Source: Mayamaea pseudoterrestris | Taxonomy: Eukaryota | Assembly (NCBI GenBank): GCA_027923505.1 | Contig: BROI01000009.1 | Coordinates: forward strand, 992,001 to 1,056,000 | DNA: 64,000 nt | Direction: 5' to 3' | Part shown: positions 31,379 to 42,092 of the stretch, piece after piece | Numbering within the stretch: position 1 is the stretch's first letter | How the letters are laid out: each line of letters begins with the position of its first letter | The notes under the pieces: model-generated | Told to the model about the DNA's origin: nothing | The model's input: only the letters and a program-made list of their open reading frames with translations | The model's database searches: none | Made by a program: the position numbers and the translations under genes

Positions 31379-33050
31379 TTATTCTGCCGGCCACAGCGCG
31401 TCTATGTTCGACGCCAATGCCAGATAAATGAGAAAGGGTTGTTTCTTAAATTTTAAGAGAGCGAAACCAAGAGTAGCAATACCTGAAGCACTTCCTAAAC
31501 CCTCTAGGCGCGGTCGAAATGTATTTCGGCTCATTATGCGCTTCAAGTTCATCGAAAGATGTTCACTCCAGCCGCACTCTGGCTTCAACTCAATGTTTAA
31601 ATCTTTTGAAGCATTCGAAAGGCGGCGATGAGTTCCGGTGCAGGCCATCACTTGATGCGTGGGCTTGCGAGTCGAGGTCGATGCGGACTCTGACGAGTTC
31701 AGGGCATGCGTTCAAACACTGAATAAGCGCTTTCTCCTGTGCAATCTGTCAAGCGCTTGACTGACGTAAGGAGCTCCGGCTTCTTAAAAAAAGGTGCAAT
31801 TGCAACAGCCTACAAGGATTGCCTCCAACGGCGCCTCCGCCAGGTGCTTGCAACGTAGAACCTGCAACGCCGAGCAGTTACCCAGGGCCAAACCGATCCC
31901 AGTAAAAACAGTGCCACTCACCAAGCCTATATTGAGTTGAGGTCTGCTAGATCGACAGATTGCCGCGCCCAGCTCAAGAGCAGCGTGCGCGCTAATACTC
32001 AGATCATGTAATTTGAGATTTTCCACCGGCGAGGCAGCCAACGACCGGCGAAACGCATGAGGGCAGTAGAAGTTTTCATTCTCCTCGTTTTCAACATCAC
32101 CATGCAAATCGCAAAAACATTGAAGGACGCACGTGACTTCCAGCTTGCGCAAGTTGGTGCTGTGCAGGACTGCACCAACATCCAGGGCAAAAACGTATTC
32201 GCTAGTACCCAGATCTTAAGGTTGCGCATTTTCTTGAGCGACGACAATCTCCACATGGGAAGCATTTGCAATTGCTTGGCCCATTAGCGTTCCGGCTTTC
32301 TTAGTGCTAAACCAAGGAAACCTCCAGTCCAGCGACTGAGCAAATTTGATCATCGTGGCTACGGACGCCGCATGGACTTCGACTATTCCACTGCGTCCAG
32401 CCATACACTCTCCATTGTTTATCAACTGCAAATGCTTAAGTTGTGGCAAACCTGAGAGGCCATGGCATATAGGATCAATCCAGTCCATCGAGTAACAGTT
32501 GTAGACGATGTCCACCGAGTCAATCATGTGCTTATCTGCAAGAGCAACACGCAATCGTTTACGCTTCTCGTTATTTTCAACGTATGAAACGCTTTCACAA
32601 TCGTCGACGGAGATGCAAACCTTTTTAATTTGCAGGAGAGGCTCCAGGAGCAAAGATATCGTTGGAAAAGCGCCGAGTTTCTCCAACCCGACTGTAAAAC
32701 AATTCAAGTTGGGAGCTGAGCAAAATGCACGACACAAGTTGCTGTAAACCTTCATGGTCTGCGCATTAAAATTTGCAAACGCCGGCTCCACGCGCGCACT
32801 TTTGATATAGGTGCAGCCCGTCAAAGTATTCAATAAAATGGTGGCGACGTTGTTCTCCGTGCCGCCAAGTCTTGGCCAGTGATGTACACAACTCACTGTC
32901 CACGTCTGCTATCGGTAGTTGTTCTTTCGAGCCACCTAGCAGCCAACTAGTCCGAATCTGGTCAGTCCTTGACCAAGGAAGATGAGTCGACCTCGCCCAG
33001 TCGGGATCAAACTCTCCATTGTTAATTGACGCCCAAGCTACAGCGTCCAT
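31379..33050 (-). pseudogene. Frameshifted RNI/LRR-like gene
   Basis: Colinear overlapping minus-strand ORF pieces in changing frames (32766-33050, 32216-32896, 31784-32152, 31379-31651) with LxxLxL motifs (LPQLKHLQL, VENLKL, LQVLRC). Confidence 0.6.
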
Positions 33051-33513
33051 GGCCAACGCCGATGCGGCTTAGCGCTCTAGCTTGAGATCGATAATGTTCT
33101 CATAGAAATTCATGTACGAGACAGCATGGGCGGCATTGTAATATTCACTTTGAGGCCATCCAGATTTGTGGAAATATTTGTATGAATTCAAGACAGGCAA
33201 GACAAGCGGGTGAAACTCGACAGGAATGCAAAGCTCAATCTTATCGATATCCTCGCGCCACGCTTTTCCGTGCAGCTATTGCTGTTGCTGCAATGTGGAA
33301 CAGCGCAGCCAGATATCGATTGCCGCTTAAAAGTATATTGTACTCTGCACGCGGGACCTGGCTGCTCGAGGACGTTACTTTATGTTATGTGCGGTGGGCC
33401 GCCGGCTCAGGCGATGTAGTCATTGTGGTGGGCCCGATCAAAAATGGTTGGCTCGCTGTACCCACTATGGTAGTATACTATGAAACGTCGAGCAATGTTA
33501 ATTGTAAGATCTG

Positions 33514-36168
33514 CTATGTGCTTTTATCTGCATCAGCAGATTGAGATTGCTCAAGCTTGTACGCCAGTGCTCGCGGGCGTCCTCCTTCCCATACAACTTG
33601 CATTAAGAAGCCACCGTCGTTGGCCTCATACAGTGATTGACTACCAGCATATCCAACATTTTTAATGCCGCGTCCACTCTTTCGACGAGCTCTGCCAGCA
33701 AAACTGACGGTATCGTTTCCGTCATGCCCATCCTCGCCAGTGTGGACGGACGTTTGCATTAGCAAATGAAATTCATTATTGGTCTGTAAATAAGTGCTGC
33801 CGGGACTGGTCTCGCTTGAGCTGGTATCCGAAAGAGAGAGCAGCGACTCCTGCGAGGCGGGCAGTTGCAAATTCTTGGACGAGTCTTTTGCAAGGTCTTG
33901 TCCACTAGATGCAGCAGTCAATACACTCGATCGTGCTGCATGCTGCAGGCAACCAACCGTTGCCGACAAGACACTGCGCATTGCACACGGCAAAATAGAT
34001 CCATGGATCTCCAGTCGATTGTGACTGGTGCCATCCTTGTCTTGCGGCTGCGACATTGTCATCGCAGCCCTTGTCAACGTTCCGACAGCATCTTTCTGCT
34101 GCGTCAAACGCAAAGATTGCAGAGAAGCATGCGCGAACGGTCCAAGATCACGACATGTCAGTTTTGGTAAATGCGACGCAGCGAGGCCAGAATCGTAATA
34201 GTTCGAGTCATCTGTATTCAGCTCGGCCGTTGACTCTGGCTCGAAATGCACTTGCCCGTACATGTTGACGTAACACTCCAAAAAGGCGGCACAGTCGTCT
34301 ATTCCGCTCATCACGAGCGGCGGAACGAGTTTGGCTTGTCGCTCAAGCGTCTCCTTTTCTTCGTTAGCTTGCCGGTAGTTATGCCGATCCATGGTGACCT
34401 TGACGTGTGGGCCGACCGTTGCGCCACGAACTTGGGATTGGCGAAGGGCCACAAGCTCCGCTTTGGTGCCTGGCGATGCTTCCGACTTGTTCCGACTCGA
34501 AGATGCCTTGTCCTGAGTACCAGTAGCATTAGCAATTGAAGTCGATTTAGGATGTGACTGCGCCATTGCCGTTGACATGGCGGCTTCGTCAAACGCAGAT
34601 GAACCTTTGTAAGGCCGAAGAAAGAAAAGCTTGACACCCCGCTGTTGCAAATTGTCGCGAAAGAATCGACTGGAGGATGACATGATAACTTGTGGCAAAA
34701 GCTTGCTGATGCTGGTATGGTTGCTATTGCTGCTAAAATCAGGTGCCGCACGGAAGAGGACAGTATGGCCAGCACCAACGGCGTAGAAATAGCACTTGCT
34801 CGGACAAGAGGCTTCGTTCACATCATGTTCATCCATCGACATGCACTCCATCTGTTGGAGCCATGACTGATACAGTGATATCAGTGCCTCTCGCCATTCA
34901 CATTTTCGCGCAGCGTCCCTTGCCTTGTCGTCCATTTCTCCGCATGGCTTGTTTCTTGACGCTGCAGCAGAGAATGGCGGAGGCATGGCTTTTGAGTCTT
35001 GCTGACTTTGATCAAAAATGTGCATGGCGCCCTGCGAAGTCTGCAACTGCAATTTCCCCTTTTGCTTGGCGTCCTTTTTCGTAACCTTGTCGGTTCCGTT
35101 GCTGCTGGCCGACTTTAACGACTGCAATGTGTTCACTTTCCCCTGCCTGCCGCTGCTGCCATTCACTCCATCAGCATGTCTCGTCACATAGGGCGCTGCC
35201 GCATACTCCCAATACAAGAGAGCTTGCTGCAACTGGATAGACGCTTCTTCCGCACAAGCTGTAGATCTAATTCGACCTTTTACAAATTGCTGCCTGGCGA
35301 GCCATTCGATCCGAGCATTCGTCGCAAACAGTCCTCCTTGTTGGTGCGGCAATGTTTTTAAGTACGTGTACACTACAGAAACCGACTTTTTGATGGTCCA
35401 GTCGTCTATCAATGGTAGCAGATTGTCGTCTTGGTCTTGCAAAACCAGCTCCCGCCATTCATTTGCCAATTCGGGCTGCCGCAACGGCGAATCCATCCAT
35501 CCATCTTCGTTGTCATTTCCGTCATGCTCATTCAAGTCAAGCTGCATTCGCCTTCTTTTCCCGACTGGACTCTTGAATTGAAATGGCGAGAGTGCATTGA
35601 CAATATCCAGTAGATTGCGCGCTGGTTCTTGTCGCTTGGCTGCTGCTGTCGCCGTCGGAGGAGGCGAATGAACGCTTGCTGCAAAGGTAGACGGAAGACT
35701 CGATGCAGCATTTTGCTGCTGTATCTGTGATTGCGACTGCTGGACATGAACCGATTTCATGACTGCGCCAAAGAGACTTGATGATTTATTGCTGCTCCTA
35801 CTTGTTGTAGAATTAATCCCTAGTTGAGACAGCTTTGATTCAGGCGCCAACAGAGACGGCTGCGAGTCGGAAGGCGATGAAGCAGCTGTTCCAAGCTGAT
35901 TGCTTTGACTACCTTGAACACTACAACTAGCGCCATTGCTACCATTACCATTTGCTTCCTCTGCTGATGACTGCGAAAATGAGGTGGCTGTTGATGTTCC
36001 AAAGAGTGACTGTGGGCGACGTTTCCGTTTGCCCTGATGCAGTGATCGTCGATGATTGCTGTCATCCTTGTCCTCCCTCTGCACTCGTTCGCTTCGACTG
36101 CTACTATTGCGACTCGCCAAGGAGTCCTTTGATGAGGTTGGAGTCCTTGTAGAATCGTTCTTGTCCAT
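33514..36168 (-). CDS. DONSON: DONSON (downstream neighbor of SON) replication factor homolog
   Basis: DWTIKK, LQQALLYW, EWREALISLY, CYFYAVGAGHTVLFRAA, PFAHASLQSL and LEIHGSILP match DONSON conserved blocks in order. First ATG at 36168. Confidence 0.85.
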   Translation of the reverse strand: MDKNDSTRTPTSSKDSLASRNSSSRSERVQREDKDDSNHRRSLHQGKRKRRPQSLFGTSTATSFSQSSAEEANGNGSNGASCSVQGSQSNQLGTAASSPSDSQPSLLAPESKLSQLGINSTTSRSSNKSSSLFGAVMKSVHVQQSQSQIQQQNAASSLPSTFAASVHSPPPTATAAAKRQEPARNLLDIVNALSPFQFKSPVGKRRRMQLDLNEHDGNDNEDGWMDSPLRQPELANEWRELVLQDQDDNLLPLIDDWTIKKSVSVVYTYLKTLPHQQGGLFATNARIEWLARQQFVKGRIRSTACAEEASIQLQQALLYWEYAAAPYVTRHADGVNGSSGRQGKVNTLQSLKSASSNGTDKVTKKDAKQKGKLQLQTSQGAMHIFDQSQQDSKAMPPPFSAAASRNKPCGEMDDKARDAARKCEWREALISLYQSWLQQMECMSMDEHDVNEASCPSKCYFYAVGAGHTVLFRAAPDFSSNSNHTSISKLLPQVIMSSSSRFFRDNLQQRGVKLFFLRPYKGSSAFDEAAMSTAMAQSHPKSTSIANATGTQDKASSSRNKSEASPGTKAELVALRQSQVRGATVGPHVKVTMDRHNYRQANEEKETLERQAKLVPPLVMSGIDDCAAFLECYVNMYGQVHFEPESTAELNTDDSNYYDSGLAASHLPKLTCRDLGPFAHASLQSLRLTQQKDAVGTLTRAAMTMSQPQDKDGTSHNRLEIHGSILPCAMRSVLSATVGCLQHAARSSVLTAASSGQDLAKDSSKNLQLPASQESLLSLSDTSSSETSPGSTYLQTNNEFHLLMQTSVHTGEDGHDGNDTVSFAGRARRKSGRGIKNVGYAGSQSLYEANDGGFLMQVVWEGGRPRALAYKLEQSQSADADKST

Positions 36169-36257
36169 GGTGAAGGGGGACAGTGGGACGTGAGTGACAA
36201 ATGGAGGGTGTGACAAGCGATGCCATCATAGTTGCGTCGTTGTTGGTGACTTACTAT

Positions 36258-36590
36258 CAGTTTTCATTGGCACTCGTTTCATACTTATGCCTTTATGACG
36301 TAGTTTTCACTGGCACTCGTTTCGTACTTATGCCTTAATGACGCAGTTTTCACTGGCAGTCGTTTCATAATATTGCCTAATGACGCAGTTCTCACTGGCA
36401 CCCGTTTCACAGTATTGCCTTGTGAGTTAGTTTTCACTGGCACTTGTTTCATTGATTTACTTGCTGACGCAGTTTTCACTGGCACTCGTTTCGTACTATA
36501 GCCTCGTGACGCAGTTTTCACTGGCACCCGTTTCATACTATTGCCTAATGACGCAGTTTTCACTGGCACTCGTTTCCTACTATTGCCTGC
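36258..36590. repeat. Minisatellite, 8 units of 42-43 bp
   Basis: Core gttttcactggcactcgtttc at about 36260, 36303, 36346, 36388, 36430, 36472, 36514 and 36556. Confidence 0.95.
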
Positions 36591-37033
36591 GTTCGCGAGA
36601 ATGATGCACTGGGAATCAAACAGTACCCCGTTGACTTTCCTCAGGTTGACGACAAACGTCCATGTGGATCCCGCAGTTGCGACGTTGGACTCGTTGTAAA
36701 ACCTTTCTTGTCCATGGTGAAGGGGGATAGTGCTTTCTTTCTTTCGCGGCGGATGCATGGTGGATGTGACAAGCGGGGCTGGCGGGGCAACATCCAATGC
36801 AATGGCATTGATGGTCCGTTGTGAGTACCGAGACATACAGTTTGTCTTTTCCAATGCGCTGAAGCCCTCGCGAATCGTCCGTCGGCGGCCACTATGATTG
36901 CAGTCGATCCTTGCCGCTCATCTTTCCTCTTCTATAGCGTAATATACGGCTGCGGCAAGCAATATTTACTACAGACGGGCAGTCAAGGAACAAGTGATAC
37001 TCTATTTAGCAAAGCAAAGACTATCAAGATACC

Positions 37034-38986
37034 ATGTCAGCGTCTAATTTACTCAGCACTGGATCAGTCTTGCGCATGTCCGACCCTGCCATGGGGAGAG
37101 CTCCGCCTGACTTTGTCCCTACGGTTCAAGTCTTGAGCGTCAAGCCGATTCCTTCTCCCAACGGCGATCGATTCCGATTGGTCATATCTGATGGCGTTTA
37201 CTTTATCAACGGCATGCTTGCGACGCAGCTGAATGAACTCGTCGGAGGACCATCAGGTTTGCAGGAAAATTGCATTGTTCGTTTGGAAGAATTCATGAAT
37301 AACAAGGTCGGAGGCAAGATTGTCGTTGTCGTATTGCGTCTTTCAGTCATTCAGCAGATGCATGAGCGAATTGGAAGCGCTACCGACGTAGGAAAGGTCG
37401 TTGACGCTCACGGTGGCGGCGGAAATGCTGCGACGTCAATGCCTGCAGCTGCAGCTCGCGTCACGCCTGCCTCCAACAGCGGCAGTAGCAGCCACAATCC
37501 ATACGGAGGCGGCAACAACCCGATCGGACACAGCGCTGTTCCCATGCACAATGCGTACGCTCGTCCGACTTCCAGTCACTCGTCCAGCGCGCCTATTCAA
37601 GTTGTTTCCCCTCAAGCCAATCAAGGAGGAGGAATGCACTTGACGCCCATTGCTGGTTTGAACATGTACAATAATCGCTGGACGATTCGGGCTCGCGTCA
37701 CGACCAAATCGGATATTCGTACCTGGCGCAACGCCAAGGGGGAAGGATCGCTGTTTAGTTTGGAACTCTTGGACGACTCCAACGTTGACATTCGAGCGAC
37801 GCTATTCAAGGAGGCGGTCGACAAGTTTTATCCACTCATTCAAGTTGGAAAGGTTTATCGCATTAGTGGAGGCCGACTCAAGATTGCGGATACCAAGTGG
37901 AACACTTGCAAGTCTCCCTACGAAATGACATTGGATCAAAATAGCGAAATTCACTTGGACAATGACGTTGGAAACATTCCAACTATGCACTACGAGTTTA
38001 CTCACAAGATTGCAGACTTGGAGCAAGTCACGGATACGACCAAGCACATTGATGTATTGGCAGTCGTCAAGTCGGTTCAGGAACCAGTCAATTTGATTAG
38101 CAAAAAGTCGGGACAGGAGTTGACCAAGTGCGATTTGGTATTGGTGGACGACTCCAACACGGAGATTATGCTCACGCTCTGGGGCGACAAGGCGCGCAAC
38201 GCTCCGCATGAATATGCGAATCAGCCAGTCGTTGCCATTCGTCGGGCACGCGTCAGCGACTACAGCGGCAAGAGTCTTTCGGCCGATGTCATTATTGTCA
38301 ATCCGGAGATTCCGCAAGCGTCGCAGTTGGCCGACTGGTGGAACCGCGCAGGTCGCTCCAATAGTTCAAGCGTTCGCAGCCTGACGGCGGCTGGTGGTAG
38401 CGGCGGAAAGGTGGAAACCTTTGAGAATCGCAAATGCATTGCCAGCATCAAGGAGGAGAATCTTGGACATGGCAATCCTGACAAGCCCGACTGGATCACT
38501 TTCAAGGGGACGATAACCTTTATCAAGAGAGACAAGGAAGGCGGCGCTTGGTATCCGGCCTGTCCAAACGCAGGCGAGCCATGCAAGAATCGTTACAAGG
38601 TTTCCACCACGACGGATGGACAGTGGTATTGTGACAAGTGCCAAGGCTCGTTCCCAAACTGCGTTCGCCGCTGGATCTTTTCCGCCACGGTGCAGGACGA
38701 TACGTCGTCAACGTGGGTTTCCTTCTTCAACGAGCAGGCGGAGCAGTTGTTGGGAGTGACGGCTGACGAGGTTTACGCAAAGAGCAACACGTCGGGCGGT
38801 TTTGAGCAAGACACGTACGACTCCTTCTTCGCCAAGGCCTTGTACACCGAGTGGATCTTTAAATGCAAGATCAAGAATGAAATGGTCAATGAAGAATCGC
38901 GCGTCAAGGCGAGCGTTGTTACGCTCGTGCCGGTGGACTATGCCAGGGAGTCGCTCGATATGTTGGCGGCGATTGAAAAGTTTTAA
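37034..38986 (+). CDS. RPA1: Replication protein A 70 kDa subunit
   Basis: RFRLVISDG, WTIRARVTTKSDIRTW, LTLWG, and the C4 zinc motif YPACP..C...CDKC in the OB-C domain. Confidence 0.97.
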   Translation: MSASNLLSTGSVLRMSDPAMGRAPPDFVPTVQVLSVKPIPSPNGDRFRLVISDGVYFINGMLATQLNELVGGPSGLQENCIVRLEEFMNNKVGGKIVVVVLRLSVIQQMHERIGSATDVGKVVDAHGGGGNAATSMPAAAARVTPASNSGSSSHNPYGGGNNPIGHSAVPMHNAYARPTSSHSSSAPIQVVSPQANQGGGMHLTPIAGLNMYNNRWTIRARVTTKSDIRTWRNAKGEGSLFSLELLDDSNVDIRATLFKEAVDKFYPLIQVGKVYRISGGRLKIADTKWNTCKSPYEMTLDQNSEIHLDNDVGNIPTMHYEFTHKIADLEQVTDTTKHIDVLAVVKSVQEPVNLISKKSGQELTKCDLVLVDDSNTEIMLTLWGDKARNAPHEYANQPVVAIRRARVSDYSGKSLSADVIIVNPEIPQASQLADWWNRAGRSNSSSVRSLTAAGGSGGKVETFENRKCIASIKEENLGHGNPDKPDWITFKGTITFIKRDKEGGAWYPACPNAGEPCKNRYKVSTTTDGQWYCDKCQGSFPNCVRRWIFSATVQDDTSSTWVSFFNEQAEQLLGVTADEVYAKSNTSGGFEQDTYDSFFAKALYTEWIFKCKIKNEMVNEESRVKASVVTLVPVDYARESLDMLAAIEKF

Positions 38987-39188
38987 ATGGATGGTGCTAT
39001 TGAAAGTTGACAAATAAGATGAGTAGCTGACGATTGTCGTGGTCGAGCGCAATTTGTAGTATTGTATGCATTGCTCTACGTACTTTAAAGTAAGAACCTA
39101 TAAGCAGACGTCGTATGATATTATAGCCAAATAATACTACTAGATTAATCACGATTACCCTCAAACTCTACATGTAGGAACAAGTCAA

Positions 39189-41831
39189 TCACTTGCTGAA
39201 TAGGTACAGGTTCAACGCCGAAACAAAGACAAACCCTGCAAACTTGATACTCTCCCGACGTACCACATTCGCTCGAAGATTTGGGATCCGACCGCATTGC
39301 CACTCGTATCTGGTGCAAGCGTTACGAAGCACGTCACCTCGACTCCAGTTGCCAACGAGGCGACCAATCTCGAATCCAATCACGTATAAATTCGAAATTG
39401 CTTGCGCCAAAATGTAGTACCACCAAGGAAACTTGTGCTGAATCAACGTCTGACGCTGCTCACACTCGGCCCTATCACTTAAGTCAACGCTCAAGTCAAC
39501 CATGAAGAGTCCCAGTAGCTGGAACAATAGCGAAAGCGGCGACAGATGCCGAACAATCAGAAACGGTAGCCAGAGGGAAAGAAAGACGGTTGCGAATTCA
39601 ACACAATTAGGCCAGGACTTGTATGTATTGTGCGGATGACGGCTGAAGAGTACGCCATCGCCGAGTGCCCACTTGTAAAAGTGGTGGATGATGGCAAAAA
39701 AGCCGCCTGGCCAATAGTCGTGCATGACCTTTGCTGACGGAGCCGACATGAACTTGCCTCCTGTTTCCTTGGCGATACGTAGACATAGATCAACATCCTC
39801 CCCGGCAGTGTAGGCCAGGTCGAAGCGAGTCTTGGTTCGCTTGATCAACAAATTAGCCGTGATGCCCCAAGCTGGATACTCGAACGAGCTATGCGACGCA
39901 ATTTCGAACATGCCAGTCAATGGGCAAGTCAACGCGGCCGCATGTATCATGGGTAGATCTGGGCGCCGAGGAAACTGAACCATGCCGACGAGGCCGACAA
40001 CGGAGTCGTCGCAAGTGCGAAGAACCTTTTCGTACTCGAACAACAAGTCGTCTTCGGGAATCACGTCATCGTCGAGGAGGAGAATGTAGTCAGCTGCGCT
40101 TTCGTCGAGCCCACGATTCCGTGTTGCCGGCGCACCCGAGTTGACAGGATTGCATCGGACACAGATGTTGTTGCCCGACACTTCCTTCAAATGCTGCTCC
40201 ATGACGTGAGCCGCCTCTTGGCTGTCAGCCGCCTTGAACATTTTCTGCAGCTTGTTGGGATTGTCAACGACAATGATGAACGTTGTGCGCAAGCCAGCAG
40301 GAACCTTGAGCTTGCACATGCGCTCCAAGTAGCACATGTCGACGCGATAGGTTGGAATAACAACGTCCAAGAGCAATAATTCGGCATTCGAAAAGGCCGA
40401 CAAGAATTTTCGTACAGGCTGCACGTCTTCAATGAGCCAGTCACGCCAATCCAACCATCCATTGACGCTCCTTGAGCTTGGTTCAACCTCCACAATGGGA
40501 ATGTCGTCGCTGATTTCCTGGGCAGTCTTCAATACTGCCTCTTGAACCAAGATTGATGCTTCGAAACGAAGGTACATCTTGTGCAAGTACAAGAGAAAGT
40601 CCTTGTTGTTGCAAGCGCCCCATCGATTGACGGCAATAAGTCCACTGAATATTTCGTAGTGCGATCGCCCAATGACTGGAGCTGCTCGCTTACCTTTCTT
40701 GTCGCTCCACCAAACACAGCCAAAACCCAATGGACACTGCAGACGCTCGGACACGTCGAGGAAGGCTCGGTAAAATGCGCGGTAGTGGAAGGAGCAGTCG
40801 ATCTTGTCACCAAGCTCCAGCGGTGTCACCCAGTCGGCACCATTGTCAAAGGCAACGACCGCCATGCTGTCCCACAATCGACAAACGGACGAGGATGAAT
40901 CTTCGTCTGTCGTCTTGGTGTTTGCAGTTGCCAGAAAGACTGGTACACTTTCTTGAATATGCTCCACCAAACTGTCAATCGTTGGTTTGCCCACACTGTC
41001 ACCGTCAACGCCCAGAACAATAATCATGTTGCACAAACCATCCTGCTTCAAGCTTTGCAGCAACTCGTCTACCTGCTGAAAGACTTGCTCGGTCGACGAC
41101 TCACTGTCTTGATGCTGCAGCGCCAATAGCACTCCCTGCAGCGGCAGCTTGGGCGACTCGTTCTGCTTGCCCGCCTGCAAGAGCGCATCCGCCCATGCCG
41201 TCTCCTTAACGTCCGCTGATGCTGCAAAGAGCTTGGCCAGCTTTTTTGGCCAGTGATCCATTTCCTCCAGCAGCAGCGACTCGGCCGTGTACATTTCGAC
41301 TGCCGCCGCATGCATGAGCGCTCGCGTCGAAAGCAAGTCGACCAAATTGGATCGTTCCGTAACATCCAAGCCTGCCTTGCGCTCCAAGTCGTGAATGACC
41401 CACTGGTGAAGCTCCGACTTGAGAAAGGTTGACAAATGGCGACGAGTCGCAACCAGTTGAATGGATACTCCATGCTTGTCCTTCATGTCGTTGCAAAATG
41501 TGTCAAAGGCCTTGTCTGGAAGCATGACAAGCCAGGGAACGAATCCTCCATAGACGAAATCACTCTCTTGGACGAGTCGCTCCATTTCTTGCTTGCCGTT
41601 GTCTTGGTTCCACCACTTGGTGACTGCTTGAAGAGGATCCAGGAGGAGCGTCTTTAGCGATTCGGTTCCAGTGACATTTTCGTCCTTGTCGTCGTCATCC
41701 ATCAAGTGGTTGCTGCAGGAGTGCACCTTGAGCCCGACAAGCTCGGCCGCCTTGGCGAGCGTCGCGGAGCCAGTGCGGTAGTAGCCGACGTTGAGGATGC
41801 AAGCGTTACGGTTTGTCTGCTGCTTCATCAT
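39189..41831 (-). CDS. Fusion: sulfotransferase-like P-loop domain, degenerate GT-like domain, GT2 glycosyltransferase, TM helices
   Basis: N-terminal ILNVGYYRTGSATLAKA. GT2 motifs DVVIPTYR, NSGAPATRNRGL, LLLDDDV, GEDVDL. C-terminal hydrophobic helices. Confidence 0.85.
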   Translation of the reverse strand: MMKQQTNRNACILNVGYYRTGSATLAKAAELVGLKVHSCSNHLMDDDDKDENVTGTESLKTLLLDPLQAVTKWWNQDNGKQEMERLVQESDFVYGGFVPWLVMLPDKAFDTFCNDMKDKHGVSIQLVATRRHLSTFLKSELHQWVIHDLERKAGLDVTERSNLVDLLSTRALMHAAAVEMYTAESLLLEEMDHWPKKLAKLFAASADVKETAWADALLQAGKQNESPKLPLQGVLLALQHQDSESSTEQVFQQVDELLQSLKQDGLCNMIIVLGVDGDSVGKPTIDSLVEHIQESVPVFLATANTKTTDEDSSSSVCRLWDSMAVVAFDNGADWVTPLELGDKIDCSFHYRAFYRAFLDVSERLQCPLGFGCVWWSDKKGKRAAPVIGRSHYEIFSGLIAVNRWGACNNKDFLLYLHKMYLRFEASILVQEAVLKTAQEISDDIPIVEVEPSSRSVNGWLDWRDWLIEDVQPVRKFLSAFSNAELLLLDVVIPTYRVDMCYLERMCKLKVPAGLRTTFIIVVDNPNKLQKMFKAADSQEAAHVMEQHLKEVSGNNICVRCNPVNSGAPATRNRGLDESAADYILLLDDDVIPEDDLLFEYEKVLRTCDDSVVGLVGMVQFPRRPDLPMIHAAALTCPLTGMFEIASHSSFEYPAWGITANLLIKRTKTRFDLAYTAGEDVDLCLRIAKETGGKFMSAPSAKVMHDYWPGGFFAIIHHFYKWALGDGVLFSRHPHNTYKSWPNCVEFATVFLSLWLPFLIVRHLSPLSLLFQLLGLFMVDLSVDLSDRAECEQRQTLIQHKFPWWYYILAQAISNLYVIGFEIGRLVGNWSRGDVLRNACTRYEWQCGRIPNLRANVVRRESIKFAGFVFVSALNLYLFSK

Positions 41832-42092
41832 GATTGATGCAGCTGCTGCGTCTTGTTATAATTGCGTATAAAGATTCAAAGAATGAGCAAGAGAGCCATT
41901 TTAGATATGGATGCGGATGGACTGTCATGCTTGCCATGGATCTCCAAGTCTTTCTAGAGAACCGATTCGAGGAAGAAAAAAATCGCAAGAAGGAAAAGGA
42001 ACGACGATGGCCTTCGCGTCAATCGTTTGTAATTGCCGAGGCAATGTTGCAAAGCGTGACCTCGATAAGCGAGAAGCACATGAAAGACATTC

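Noticed and set aside
36258..36590. CRISPR-like look of the 42-bp array (conserved core plus variable part)
   Set aside because: The variable parts are only ~15 bp and related to each other, there are no cas genes, and the context is eukaryotic.
36285..36854. 189-aa ORF with KRVPVKTAS repeats
   Set aside because: Non-ATG start, open only because 42 is divisible by 3, and the frame breaks at the 43-bp units.
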